A stretch of 64,000 nt of DNA from Eledone cirrhosa. Its lineage: Eukaryota. The notes beneath the pieces were generated by a model. It was not told the DNA's origin. It was given only the letters and a program-made list of their open reading frames with translations, and made no database searches. The stretch is from assembly GCA_964016885.1 (NCBI GenBank), contig OZ024744.1, positions 54,684,001 through 54,748,000 on the forward strand, written 5' to 3'. The position numbers and the translations under genes are program-made. Below are positions 50,307 through 61,679 of the stretch, piece after piece; the stretch's first letter is position 1, and every line of letters starts with the position of its first letter.

Positions 50307-51722
50307 TCTCTTCTCTCTATATATAAAACAGAAGATGTCTGTCTGTGTGTGTGTATGATTTTTATGAATTTCCAATGTGCACCAAATTTACCGACGATGG
50401 TCAACGTGTAATAAACTTTGATAAAAATGTCCTGCTTCTATGAAAAAAATCGATAAAACTAAATACATGCTGTAACCCTCTCTCTTACACGCTTATTCAC
50501 TCTCTCTACTACCCAACAGCGACAAAACTTTGTTCAGGAACGCGACATAAACTTTGAAAACTAAGCAACACATCATTTTATACAACACAAACATAGTCAT
50601 AATGCTCTCGCCGTCACTCTTCCCTCTCTTCATGCTTTACTCTCTTCATGCTTTGAGGTTTAACACACCTCCCTATAGTTTCTTAGCTTTACTCTCTCCA
50701 TCACTCTTCCCTCTCTCTATAATAGATTATTCCCCCTCTCTATAATTTAACTGCTTTACTCTCTCTGTCGCTCTTCACTCTCTATACGACAACACTGTTT
50801 TACACACCTCCCTATAGTTTCTTAGCTTTACTCTCTCCATCGCTCTTGTTCTTCCCTCTCTCTATAATAGATTATTCCCCCTCTCTATAATTTAACTGCT
50901 GGGAGAGTCATTGGAGTTCCGTATTGACATACGGCTTTTCTGGAGGTATTTTAAATCGGCTTATTGCAAATAACAACCCGCAAAATAACACTTCATATAA
51001 CAGATTAATGCTATAGACATATGAATCGGAATATTTAAATTAATTATTTTTTACAACTTTCATTGGTTAAATATTAATTGGTTAAATATTAATATTAATA
51101 GTGTTGTACTTCTGGCAATTCTGCCGAATACACTATCAAGGATGACCCTTTTCCCCTCGGCATCAGATATCCCATTCGATTTCTAGCAATCCCAATTCCC
51201 GGTGAGACCATGTTTTGCCATGTCCATTAACAAGTCACAAGGGCAAACATTGTCGGTAGTGGGCATCCATTTGGGGGAGCCATGCTTCTCTCATGGCCAA
51301 CTTTATGTTGCCTGTTCCCGTGTAGGGAGCAGGAATGGACTTTTTGCTTACACTCCTCAAGGGATGACACGCAATATCGTCTACAAAGATGTGCTATAGA
51401 TGTTGGTGCAGGTGTTGGAGGTGTTGGAGCTATGCCGTCTGGAAAACTATTTCCTGGTAGAGTCACCTATGGCAGACAGATCTGACACCCAGCGGCATCA
51501 GGGCCACCATCTTGCAACTTTGGTCTACTAAATTCGCTATTGGAAGATTATTAACCCATCATTGATTGTCCAAAATGCTAATTGGTTCGTAACTTTTAAT
51601 AACCGGTTCAACTGCTTTATGCACTTAATTGATAAGCTTATTCACTTTCAAGCCACATTTACCTGTATGTAACTTTTCATAGCAAATGAACAAACCCGAG
51701 CAATGCCAGGCTAAATTGCTAG
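50307..51722 (+). mobile_element. Non-autonomous Helitron with helicase relic
   Basis: 5' TC...tatatataaaa start, 3' hairpin (cccgagcaatgccaggc) followed by CTAG|T, and an internal duplication of about 155 bp at 50660-50900. Confidence 0.8.
51115..51399 (+). pseudogene. Helitron Pif1-family helicase C-terminal fragment
   Basis: [44 protein letters not shown]...[10 protein letters not shown]. Confidence 0.9.
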
Positions 51723-52274
51723 TATATATATATAATGGTCTACCATCTCCACACCAATTGACCTGAATGTATTAATATATTGTCAACTAAAGTTCATATC
51801 ATCTTACAGTCAATATTTAACCTGGGAAATCTACAAAGGAATTATTTTACATTCTCACAACATTGCATATTGAATATATGTCAGAGAGTAAGGAGAGATC
51901 CTAAACCCATTGATGTTTCATTGATATTTGATGCCCCCACCCCATCTCCAAGTTAAACAAACAAATGTTGGCAACCAATATGAAGAAAATTAAGGCATAA
52001 ATGACACATGATTCTATGAATTCTTATTAATTTCTTGATATAGCGATAATAGCAGAGCAAAATTTATTGCCATACTCACTGAAATACAGTGATATGTATA
52101 TTATTATATTAACTCTTAGGGCAGGGGATTGGCATAGGGCAGGGGATTGGCAGTATCGGTAGAAGGGTGAACGCCAAGCTTTGCAGCCTAGAGACTTGGT
52201 ATATATACTTGGTATATATACTTGATAATATATATATTGGTAAGACTTTATTGAAAACATAATTATAGTTTCCA

Positions 52275-52935
52275 CTAGCAGAATGGCCCGGCATTGTTCG
52301 GGTTTCTAAACATAGATTGGCATGTTTATCCCTCCTTTCTGAAACAGTACAGAGAAGTACAAAATACCTCGTACTACTAACACAGTCTCGTCCTTCTTCA
52401 GCCAATCATGTATATCCGCTTCTGCCTCGTCTACCTAGACAATGATTGTAGCACCTCCTTGTACACAATGTTAGATTAAAGTTTAAGCAAATAATCGGTG
52501 CTTTCACCCTTAACGGGATCTTCTAAAACTAAAAAATCAATCTGTGAATGCAGAAGTAAATATTTCGAAAAACGTTACACACTATATATATACACACACT
52601 ATATATACATATACACACACACACACACAAATAGTGTCATAATGTCGTAATGCAGACAGCCAGAGATACAAACAGATATTATAAGGGTGCGGTGTTATAC
52701 CTATGTATCTATCTAAAAATACAGACTAAGAAAGACAGAGAGAGATCATTACCGGCGCCTAATGCGGTCCCTAGGGCATTGAAAATTTGAAATATTTTTT
52801 GCTCAAAACACTCACACGACCATAAGTATTGCATGTGTAAAGTTTGAAAAACATCGGTTGGGTGGTTCTCGAGTTTTAGGGAGTCAGACAGACAGACAGA
52901 CAGACAGACAGAATTCTCTGTTTTAGATATGTAGA
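52275..52935 (-). mobile_element. Non-autonomous Helitron
   Basis: Minus-strand 3' end cccgaacaatgccgggc...CTAG|T and 5' tctacatatctaaaac..(tctg)n. Confidence 0.75.
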
Positions 52936-54051
52936 TTAGATTGTATGCTCTGTTAGATCTTAGCTTTTAAAAGCAGCAGCAGCAGTGAGCCTTTTAAGAT
53001 ATTCTTTTTTTAGCAGAATTGTTAGAATGTTGGATAGAATGCTTTGCAGTATTCGTTTTGGCTTTCTGCTCTCTCAGTTCAAACCTTGGTGAGGTCAACT
53101 TTGCCTTTCACCAATTTAATGCCAATAAAAAAAGTACCAGTCAAGTACTGGGTTCATTATTCCTCTATATCTTGTTCTCACTTCCATTCTCTCTCTCTAT
53201 CCTTCTCTGGAAGAAATCTGCTGTATTCAGACCTGGAGAGGAGGTGGGCACTACCCAGATTTCAAATTTGCCCTAGAAACACCGTTTGTCAATATAGTGC
53301 ACCTACAACTCCTTCAGGAATTATGGGACCATGCAAAGCAGAAGTTAGCCTTATAGAGCTCCATAATAGTTGTCATACTCATCTTGGGGGTCCTTTTTGA
53401 AACAATATTTTATGGCTGGATGACCTCTTACAACACACAGGGATATGGTGTATTCAAATATTAAAGCTGGAAATAGTAAAAATCATTAATTTCTTTTTTT
53501 AATTACAGATATGTTTTTCAACCTTACTGAATCTTTAGATAAAATTAAAAAAACATTAGATACTTTCTCATTTTCTTTTGAAAGTAAAGAAACGGTATTT
53601 TTTATTCAAATAATTGGAATTTCAGGTTATTAACTTTAATAATGAGATTTGAACACTTTGAACACAGTTTTTTTTTGTTTGTTTGCTTTTGTTTTTTTAA
53701 TCCAGCTGAGAATTTTAGTCCAGAATTTTACAGTGAAAATAAGAAAGAAAAACACAGAAGAGACATTGCTATTGCTAATATATGAGACATCAACTGAAAT
53801 CTGATCTTCAAGATAACATGTATATAAAAACAATAATAAAATAAATAGCACTGGCTCTAAAACTAGCTGGATGTTTTCATTAGTATTTTAGTATAGAGCG
53901 TTTGTCAATAAAGCCTGAATGATAGTTGAAGAAGTTTGCTTCACAATCATGAGATTCCAGCTGGGCCCTAGTCACCAAGAGGGCTGGGAGAACATTGGAT
54001 GGCACTGTCACACCCATCCTACCTTCTTTTAAATGGTGCATCCTCTAATTT

Positions 54052-54260
54052 AGAAGAAGAAGAAGAAGAAGAAGAAGAAGAAGAAGAAGAAGAAGAAGAA
54101 GAAGAAGAAGAAGAAGAAGGATGAGGAGAAGGATGAGGAGAAGGATGATGATGATGATGATAATGATGATGATAATGAGGAGGAGGAGGAGGAGGAGAAG
54201 GATGATGATGATGATGATAATGATGATGATGATGAGGAGGAGGAGGAGAAGAAGAAGAGG
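54052..54260. repeat. (GAA)n/(GAT)n/(GAG)n compound microsatellite
   Basis: Direct reading. Confidence 0.95.
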
Positions 54261-54829
54261 TAATTAATATATGAAATGTCAATACAAAGGCAATGGGCTA
54301 TGTTTAACCCTTTATCATTTATATTGCTCTATATATACTATTGTATTTTGACAATAATATCAAATCAATGAGATTTTGATATTTATTTTGAGAAAAATAC
54401 CTTAACATCTGTATAAATGGCCAATTAGAGCCGGTTTCAACAGAAAGAAGTGAGAGAATTCTGGCTGGATATAGCTGGTTTAAATGCTAAAGGTTTCAAC
54501 TGAAGACAACACTGGGAACAATAATAGCTAAGTTATGTATAATTCAGAATAACAAGAGACAAAGATAAACAATAAATACTTCCATGACCATTTTAAAGCA
54601 TCACATTGTATTTTGGAATGTCAGAAGGTCGTGTGTGAGTTCGGTTCCAGGTAGCATGTTGTAACAAGATACTTTATTTCACATTGCTCCAGTTCACAAC
54701 TGGCAAAAAATGAGTTATGCCTGTGCTGCAAAGGGCCAGCCTTGTCATTCGTTAGGTCTCACTGCATCTCCCTGAGAAGTACATAAAGGGCACACATGTC
54801 TTCTGTATGCTTGGTCACTTACAGTATAT

Positions 54830-55014
54830 AATTGTTTCTACATTTGGCACAAGGCCAGCAACTACTCCAGTGCATTACTGGTACTTTATTTGATTGACCT
54901 CATAAGGATGAAAGGCAAAGTTAACCTCAGCGGTATTTGAACTCAGACCGTAAAGGGCCGTAACTCTATGCTGAAAAGCATGGCGTCCGATCCTCTAACC
55001 GATACTGCCAATCG
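54830..55014 (-). mobile_element. tRNA-derived SINE (family A)
   Basis: Same head and core. Further copies lie at about 31205-31310, 53015-53150 and 55930-56100 (+). Confidence 0.85.
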
Positions 55015-56789
55015 TGGACTGTATTGTAAAGGACCAGCCTTCTTATACACTGTATCATGCTGCATCTTCCCAACATAAAGGGTACACATCTGTAGAATGC
55101 TCAGTCACTTACAATATAATATAGGTTCAATTGTACCTGTAATGCCAAAAGTAGAAAATTATTATTACATATCAGATAATATTAGATTTCAGTCGTTAAA
55201 TATTAGTCTTTTGTTGTTGAGTTGAAAGTTAGTTGTTTCAGTAAATTGTTCATAATTATATAAATAACCTCTAAGGCAGAGGCATGCAGGGAGAAGGGGT
55301 AGAGAGTGTGATAAACTCAGGCAACTATATCAGGGCAGGTAGTGGGAGCACCTAACCAAAGAGCCATGCAGAGTTCTCCATTCAATATACCTACTGAGCT
55401 TGTGTGCCCATTCAAAGTCTGCATCCAGTTTCCCACTCAGATAAAAAATCTGAAAAATATATTTACTTGAAATTCAATGCTTGTGTTCAGACAAACTTAG
55501 GCAATGAGATGTTTGCTTGTTCATCTGCTTTTGCGATTAGCAGATCCTTCGGTGTATTCAATGCACAGCATGTTTTTACATACATAAAATATATTCTTTA
55601 CTCACATTTCTTAGTACTAGGTCCTGTGCTTTAGTTTTAGGAGTATACAATCAAAGAGTTGGTTCTAGGCATCACCAAACTTCTGCATGCTTCTGCACTA
55701 TGATAAAAACTTGTTAGTTTCTAGTTAATTTTCTGTTCAGGCCACATAGCTTTTGTTTTCATATCTCCTCATGTGGACTTCTTAGAGTAATCATAAGTCC
55801 ATGTACAGCACTAAACTTCATAAGATGCAATACCATAGTTGAATCTTTTAAACATCAACCCAACCAAAACCTCCTCTGTTTAAGTGTTCAAATATAAATT
55901 CAAAATCTTTGATTGAAATCTGATAGCATTAGACAGTATCAGTACAACATCAGACACCATGCTTTACAGCATAAAGTTATGGCCCCTTACGTTCTGAGTT
56001 CAAATCCCGCCGAGGTTAACTTTGCCAGGGTCGATAAAATAAAGTATCAGTAACGCACTGGGGTAATTGCTGGCCTTGTGTACCAAAAGTAGAAACAATT
56101 ATTATATGATAGCAAATTTTAGATTTCAGTGGGTCAATTATTGTTCTTTCATTAGGTTGAAAGTTAGTTATTCCATTAAATTCTTGCTTAATTTGATAAT
56201 TAAAACACAAAAGCAGTATACTCTTGTCAGAAATATGCTCACAAAAAGGTTAAAATAACAAGCCATGGATGAGAGACAGTTTGTTATGGTGTGGATATAT
56301 AGATGTCATAATATATTTCATATAATATCTGAATAATATTCTGTCTGTATAATGAGACGTGACTTTAATTGAAATGCATTGGAAAAAATATATACATATT
56401 TAACTTCTTGATGATGATCTTGCTACTGGTAATAGGGGTTTATCATCATAAGCACACATGGTAACACACAAATGTTTTAAGTGGAGTTAGTTTGACGTGG
56501 CTTTTGAGTTTTATTATTTCAGAGATTTTTTTTTTCTCTTCCTTCCACTCTCTTTCCTTATCCCGTCCCCACCCTTTTTTTCCTTCACTCTTACATTCTT
56601 GTGCTCAAGCCTCTCGAAGAAAGAAAAATAAAATTAAACAAAACTTAAAAGAAAAACATGATTTGTAAGAATTCATGAAATTACTACAAACTTGGTCATT
56701 GCAGCTAAATGTGATAAATGTGAATGAAGTTGATGGTTGGACTCCCTAATTCTATTTTATTTTTATCCTTAATTTGAACTCAAAAGAAA

Positions 56790-57400
56790 ACTTCCACGCA
56801 TGAGTGAGCCACACAAATGCCATTGTGGAGTTGTCATCAATGAGTTAACCCTGCACCCACTATCATTCTGCTAGAGTGCATACCAGTTCCGCTGGCATGC
56901 TGCTCCCAACAACATAACAAGAAGGAACCAGGAAGGATGCAACCGGCTTCCCATCACAACTGGAGCCAGCAGCCCTCAATCATGGAGACACTAAGCACCT
57001 CGACAGAATTATCCTCTTCTTATTCAAAGGAGGTAAATCCCTCATTGGGGATGCAATATGCTGTGACACATTCTCTGCCTCCAACTTTGTCACTTCAGCC
57101 ACAAACTCCAGTACTACAGCCCACTACGCAGAGGACAGGATGACAAGCAAATACCGGGGCTTGTCCAGCTGCTTCCACATTGTACCAGTCACTGTCGAAA
57201 CCTCAGGTGTCCTTGGACCCTGTACAGCCGAGCTCCTCTGTAAAATTGGAATGACAACGGCCTGTCTGAGTAAGGGGCCCTGCAAGATGGGGTGGCTGTC
57301 ACAGTAAGTGTCACTGGCCATTGTTCGTGGAAATGCCTTTGAAACTTTGTTTGTGGGGTGCATCCAAAACACTGCTCCAACCTAAATGTAGTGTCTCTTA
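56790..57400 (+). mobile_element. CRE-like REL LINE, 3' fragment
   Basis: WDAICCDT..AHYAEDRMTSKYRGL..IVPVTVETSGVLGP..SLAIVRGNA. Confidence 0.7.
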
Positions 57401-58469
57401 CCCTCTTCTCTTCCTCCTTTCTTTCTTCCGTTGTCTAATAGTCCTTGCTTTTTCCCTTTTTTCCTTCTCATTTATTGCATTTATAGTCCTTTCCTTTACT
57501 TTCCTTTACAGCCAAATCCTCCCTTCTTTACTTCTTCCCTTTTTTTTCAGTACTTAATTTTGTTTTTATCCTTTTTTTTAATATAATCCATCATTGTGTA
57601 ACATTTGTTCATAGTAACATGGACACTAAATGAACCCCTTCTTTATAATATGATATAGTAACATAGACTCTAACTTACCACTATGTCTTCTGAGTTGCCT
57701 TCATAAACAGATAATTGGCTCTATTTCTACTGAAGTCACTGTAGAAAGTATATGCAAAAGAATAATATTGGGTTTATAGCTCTTTCAACTAGAACCTATT
57801 CTAAGTGCTTTTGTTTAAGTGTTCAAATATGAATTCAAAATTTTGGACAGAAATCTCATTGTCCTGTATGAGTAAGACACAGTCACCTGACCCAACATGC
57901 CTCTAATGGGATAACCCATATAACCCATGCTAGCATGGAAAATGGACGTTAAACGATGATGATGATGATATGGTAGCTAATATTAGACTCCAGTGGATGA
58001 AATATTTGTCTTTTATTATTATGTGACCATGGTCTTTTGTGAACTTTCTCCACAAGTGACCCTCAGATCCCCCCCCCCCCCCTCCGCCCACTCAGTTGGA
58101 AGATTTGTTTTGTTTGATTTTTTTTTAATGCTAATTTTTTTTTAGTTTTCTTTATAACCATTTTTTACACACAAAAATCCACTCAGTATCGTCCTGTACT
58201 GTCTTTACTGTTTGCTTAATATCAACCCTGTGGGTCTAATAAAGCCTAGCCATTTTCTAGAGTGCTTTTTATTTTAGAAATCAACATTTGAGCCATTTTT
58301 TACCCCCCCCCCCCCCCCCCTCCCAACACACACACACACCTTTTAGTGATATAGTTTTAAAGCAATGTATCATAAAGTGTTTTATTGACATGAGCGATAA
58401 CATGTAAAAAGCAACAAATTACAAGTAAAATTTTATTTAAAAAGTGAAATACAAACCATCTATATATAA

Positions 58470-58810
58470 ATTTACCCCTACTCCATCCTCCCACTTCCAC
58501 CCACACCACCCTTTCTCTTTAAAGTCATGCTGGTACCACAGAACATCCAGTCCACACTGTAAAGTGATCGTGTAGGTATCATGACAAAAAGCACCCAGTC
58601 CACACTGTAAAGTGGTCGTGTAGGAGACACTGTAAAAAGGCTCCCAGTCCACACTGTCCACGTGTGGTTGGTGTCAGGAAGGCCATCTAGCTGTAGAAAA
58701 CCTGCCAGATACAGTTCTATACGAGTGAGACACGGTCACCCGCCAATCTTGCATCAAGTGGGACAATTCCCGTCTAAACCATGCTAAACGAAGATGATGA
58801 TGATGATGAA
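58470..58810 (+). mobile_element. RTE 3'UTR fragment
   Basis: Matches 23357-23790 and ends in (GAT)n. Confidence 0.8.
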
Positions 58811-60497
58811 ATTAGAGTGACTTCGTCTGTCACACAATGTGTGTGTTTGTGTGAATGTGTGTGTGTGTAAAAGGAAGGAAGGGGATTGTGAAAAAACTAT
58901 AGCAAAACAGTGGCTGGTGTTCCATTTGCTATGCTGTGTGTGAGTGTATGTGTATTTCTGAGTAAATGTATGTGTGTTTGTGTGAGTGTATGTGTATTTG
59001 TATGTGTGTCTGTGTTTGCATGTTTATATTTATATACTCTACATATAAATGTATGCATATGCACATACACACACACATACACACATATGTGTTAGCATGT
59101 TGAAAAAAATTCTAGTTGAACAAAATAGTCAAATTAACAATAATGTAAAGTTGTTTTAAAATCCATTAAAAACGATAAAAGTTTAAATGTCCATCTTTAG
59201 GTTGTAAGAACAACCTTGGAGAAAGTCTTAAAGTGGCATCTCATTTCTTCAAGGAAATAAAGTGTTCAACGCTCTGTTCACTCATTGATAGTGAAACCTT
59301 TTAGGTAACAGCCACAAACTAGACAGGGTTTGTGCTAAAATGACCTCCTGGAGTCTATTCTCTTTGGAGATGGTTGTTATTAATTTCCAAAGAGAAGAGT
59401 GGAAACATTGGAGGGATGTTTGGACAGCCCTGTACCATTATCGGTGCCCTTGTCATGCTATTTTTAGATTGTCACACATAAGTAGGTCAGACATTTTCAC
59501 TTAATACTCAAAAGTAAGCACTCAAAAAAATCATTTCTCTAGTGATGATCACTTCAGAGTATGAGACCCCTAATAAAGAAACCATTATGTTGAAAGTTAA
59601 TTATTTCACTAAACCACTCATAATTCTTGATTACTTTGAGAACTGAAACACAAAGGCAGTATATGTTAGAAACATGGTCACACAAGGGTTAAATATTTTT
59701 ACATGAATTATTTCATTAAACTTGACATTGTTCTTGATGGCTGTTTCACTGAATTTTTTTTTTTTCAAAGTGGTCTTGATGGCCCCCCCCCCCCCCCCCC
59801 CTTTGATATGTGGTGATTTCATTATCTGTTAGAACAAATAAGGCAAAAAACTGTGGAAAGATTATGAATTTTTTTTCTTTTTTTTTCCAAACATATTCCA
59901 CCCTTGCAAGCAGGGAAAAGCGGACGTAAAATGGTGATGATGATGATGATGATGATGATTCCACATTGCCACACTCATTCTTTGTGTTTTGCAAGTAAGT
60001 CTTTTGTCTGTAAGAATTTTACTGTTAATTATTTTTAATACTCAATACCACCACCACCACCACCACCACCTCCACCATCACCACCGTCATCATCATCACA
60101 ACCATCACCACATACATCACTACTACTACTACTACTACTGTGAATTTGACACCCTCAAATAAACATTGCTCCCACCAGTAGGTACCATTCCCATTTATTG
60201 GTTGATACTTGGTGCTATAACCTGACTACCACCCATCCGAAAGAATAAATGACCTGTTTTTGTTTATTTGTCGTTTTTTGTGGGGTTTTTTTATTTTTTA
60301 TTTTTGTTTAAAGTCCACAGTGAAGAAAGCACACAAAGTAAGTATTCTTTCTTATATTAAGGCAGTCTGTCTAATCTCTCCATCTGTCTGCTGCTGTTTA
60401 CAAAGATACCACTGTCAAAGCAATGATAGACATATCCAACCTAAGCCCTCACTTGAAAATGCTTGTTTTTGTTGTGATCAGCCCACTGCCGTGCTAC

Positions 60498-60528
<31 letters not shown>

Positions 60529-61101
60529 GCACCCGCACAAGACAATCCACCACTACCGCCCACCACCACGTCCTCCACCCTGATACTCCACACCCCGACG
60601 CCGTCACCATGTCCCCCCCACCCACCCCACCCTGATACTCCACACTGCTGCCGCCACCATGTCCTCACCTCTGATATCCCTCTCCCCCTGACGTCGTCAC
60701 CATGTCCCCCCAACCCTCATATTCCACCACCGCCATCACTAGCATGTTCTACTAGGTCTCTACTACTCAGTTTGTTATGTGTCAGAGAGAGAGGAGGGGG
60801 GGGGGAGATTTACTATGTGATTCAACAATTTAAATTTAATGTTTTTAGAGACTCTCCCATCAAATATAACAAAAAAAATTTTTTTTTTTGAAGAATAAAA
60901 CAAACAAAAATGAAAAACGCATAAAAAGGAATAACAGTTAATTGTTGCAAAGTAATTAGAAAAATGTGTACATATATATGTATGTATATATGTATGTATG
61001 TATGTATGTATATATGTATGTATGTACACACACAGAGGTAGATAGATAAATAGATATATATTATATACATATAAGTATGTATACATTTCTCTCTCTCTCT
61101 T

Positions 61102-61147
<46 letters not shown>

Positions 61148-61374
61148 AATAACATTAAGAAAGATGCTGATGTTACATAAATTATTTATTCATAATAATT
61201 ATTTCAACGGTTCTCTTATGCAATCCAAGATGTAATTTATGCATTTGTTGTTGTGAGAACGGTATCTTCCGATGAAAATTCGATTTTGTGATATGCCGCA
61301 GGCAAAAAACGCCTTTCTGCTCATGCTCCCTGCTTGCTCTTGTTTTCACCAAAACAATTTCTATATATATATTT

Positions 61375-61665
61375 ATATAATATAAAACGAAAAATCAGTG
61401 ATGCATCTGAACTCAATTTATTGTGTGTTACAATTGTTTCGCCGGCGGACAGCTCGAGACGCGATCATTGTGTGGATCTGTCTGATTCTGGATCCTCAGG
61501 TTCGACAGACACGTCTAATGATTTCGGAGTAAATTCTTTCACTCATTGAGTTCAGATGCATCACTGATTTTTCGTTTTATATTATATCATACTCTGCTCT
61601 GTAAGGGCATAGAGTGCTCAACCGGCATACCGCCTATAGAAGCATCTTAGCTACCATCAGACACA
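61375..61665. mobile_element. Fold-back element with degenerate HHR
   Basis: Perfect inverted repeat of about 42 bp at 61375-61417 and 61545-61587, a unique tail, set in (TA)n. Confidence 0.75.
61424..61513 (-). ncRNA. Hammerhead ribozyme, degenerate core, long stem II
   Basis: Reverse complement: gtgt-CTGTCGA-acctgagga...tccgccggc-GAAA-caattg-TA-acac. Confidence 0.6.
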
Positions 61666-61679
61666 TATATATATTTATA

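Noticed and set aside
55390-55700. Possible minus-strand host exons (ag..IFYLSGKLDADFEWAHKLS..gt, and an upstream gtgagt donor)
   Set aside because: The upstream candidate has stops in all three frames and the short one has no recognisable homology. RNA-seq would be needed.
59200-59310. Short ag...gt bounded open segment
   Set aside because: It ends in stops, shows no homology and has weak splice signals.
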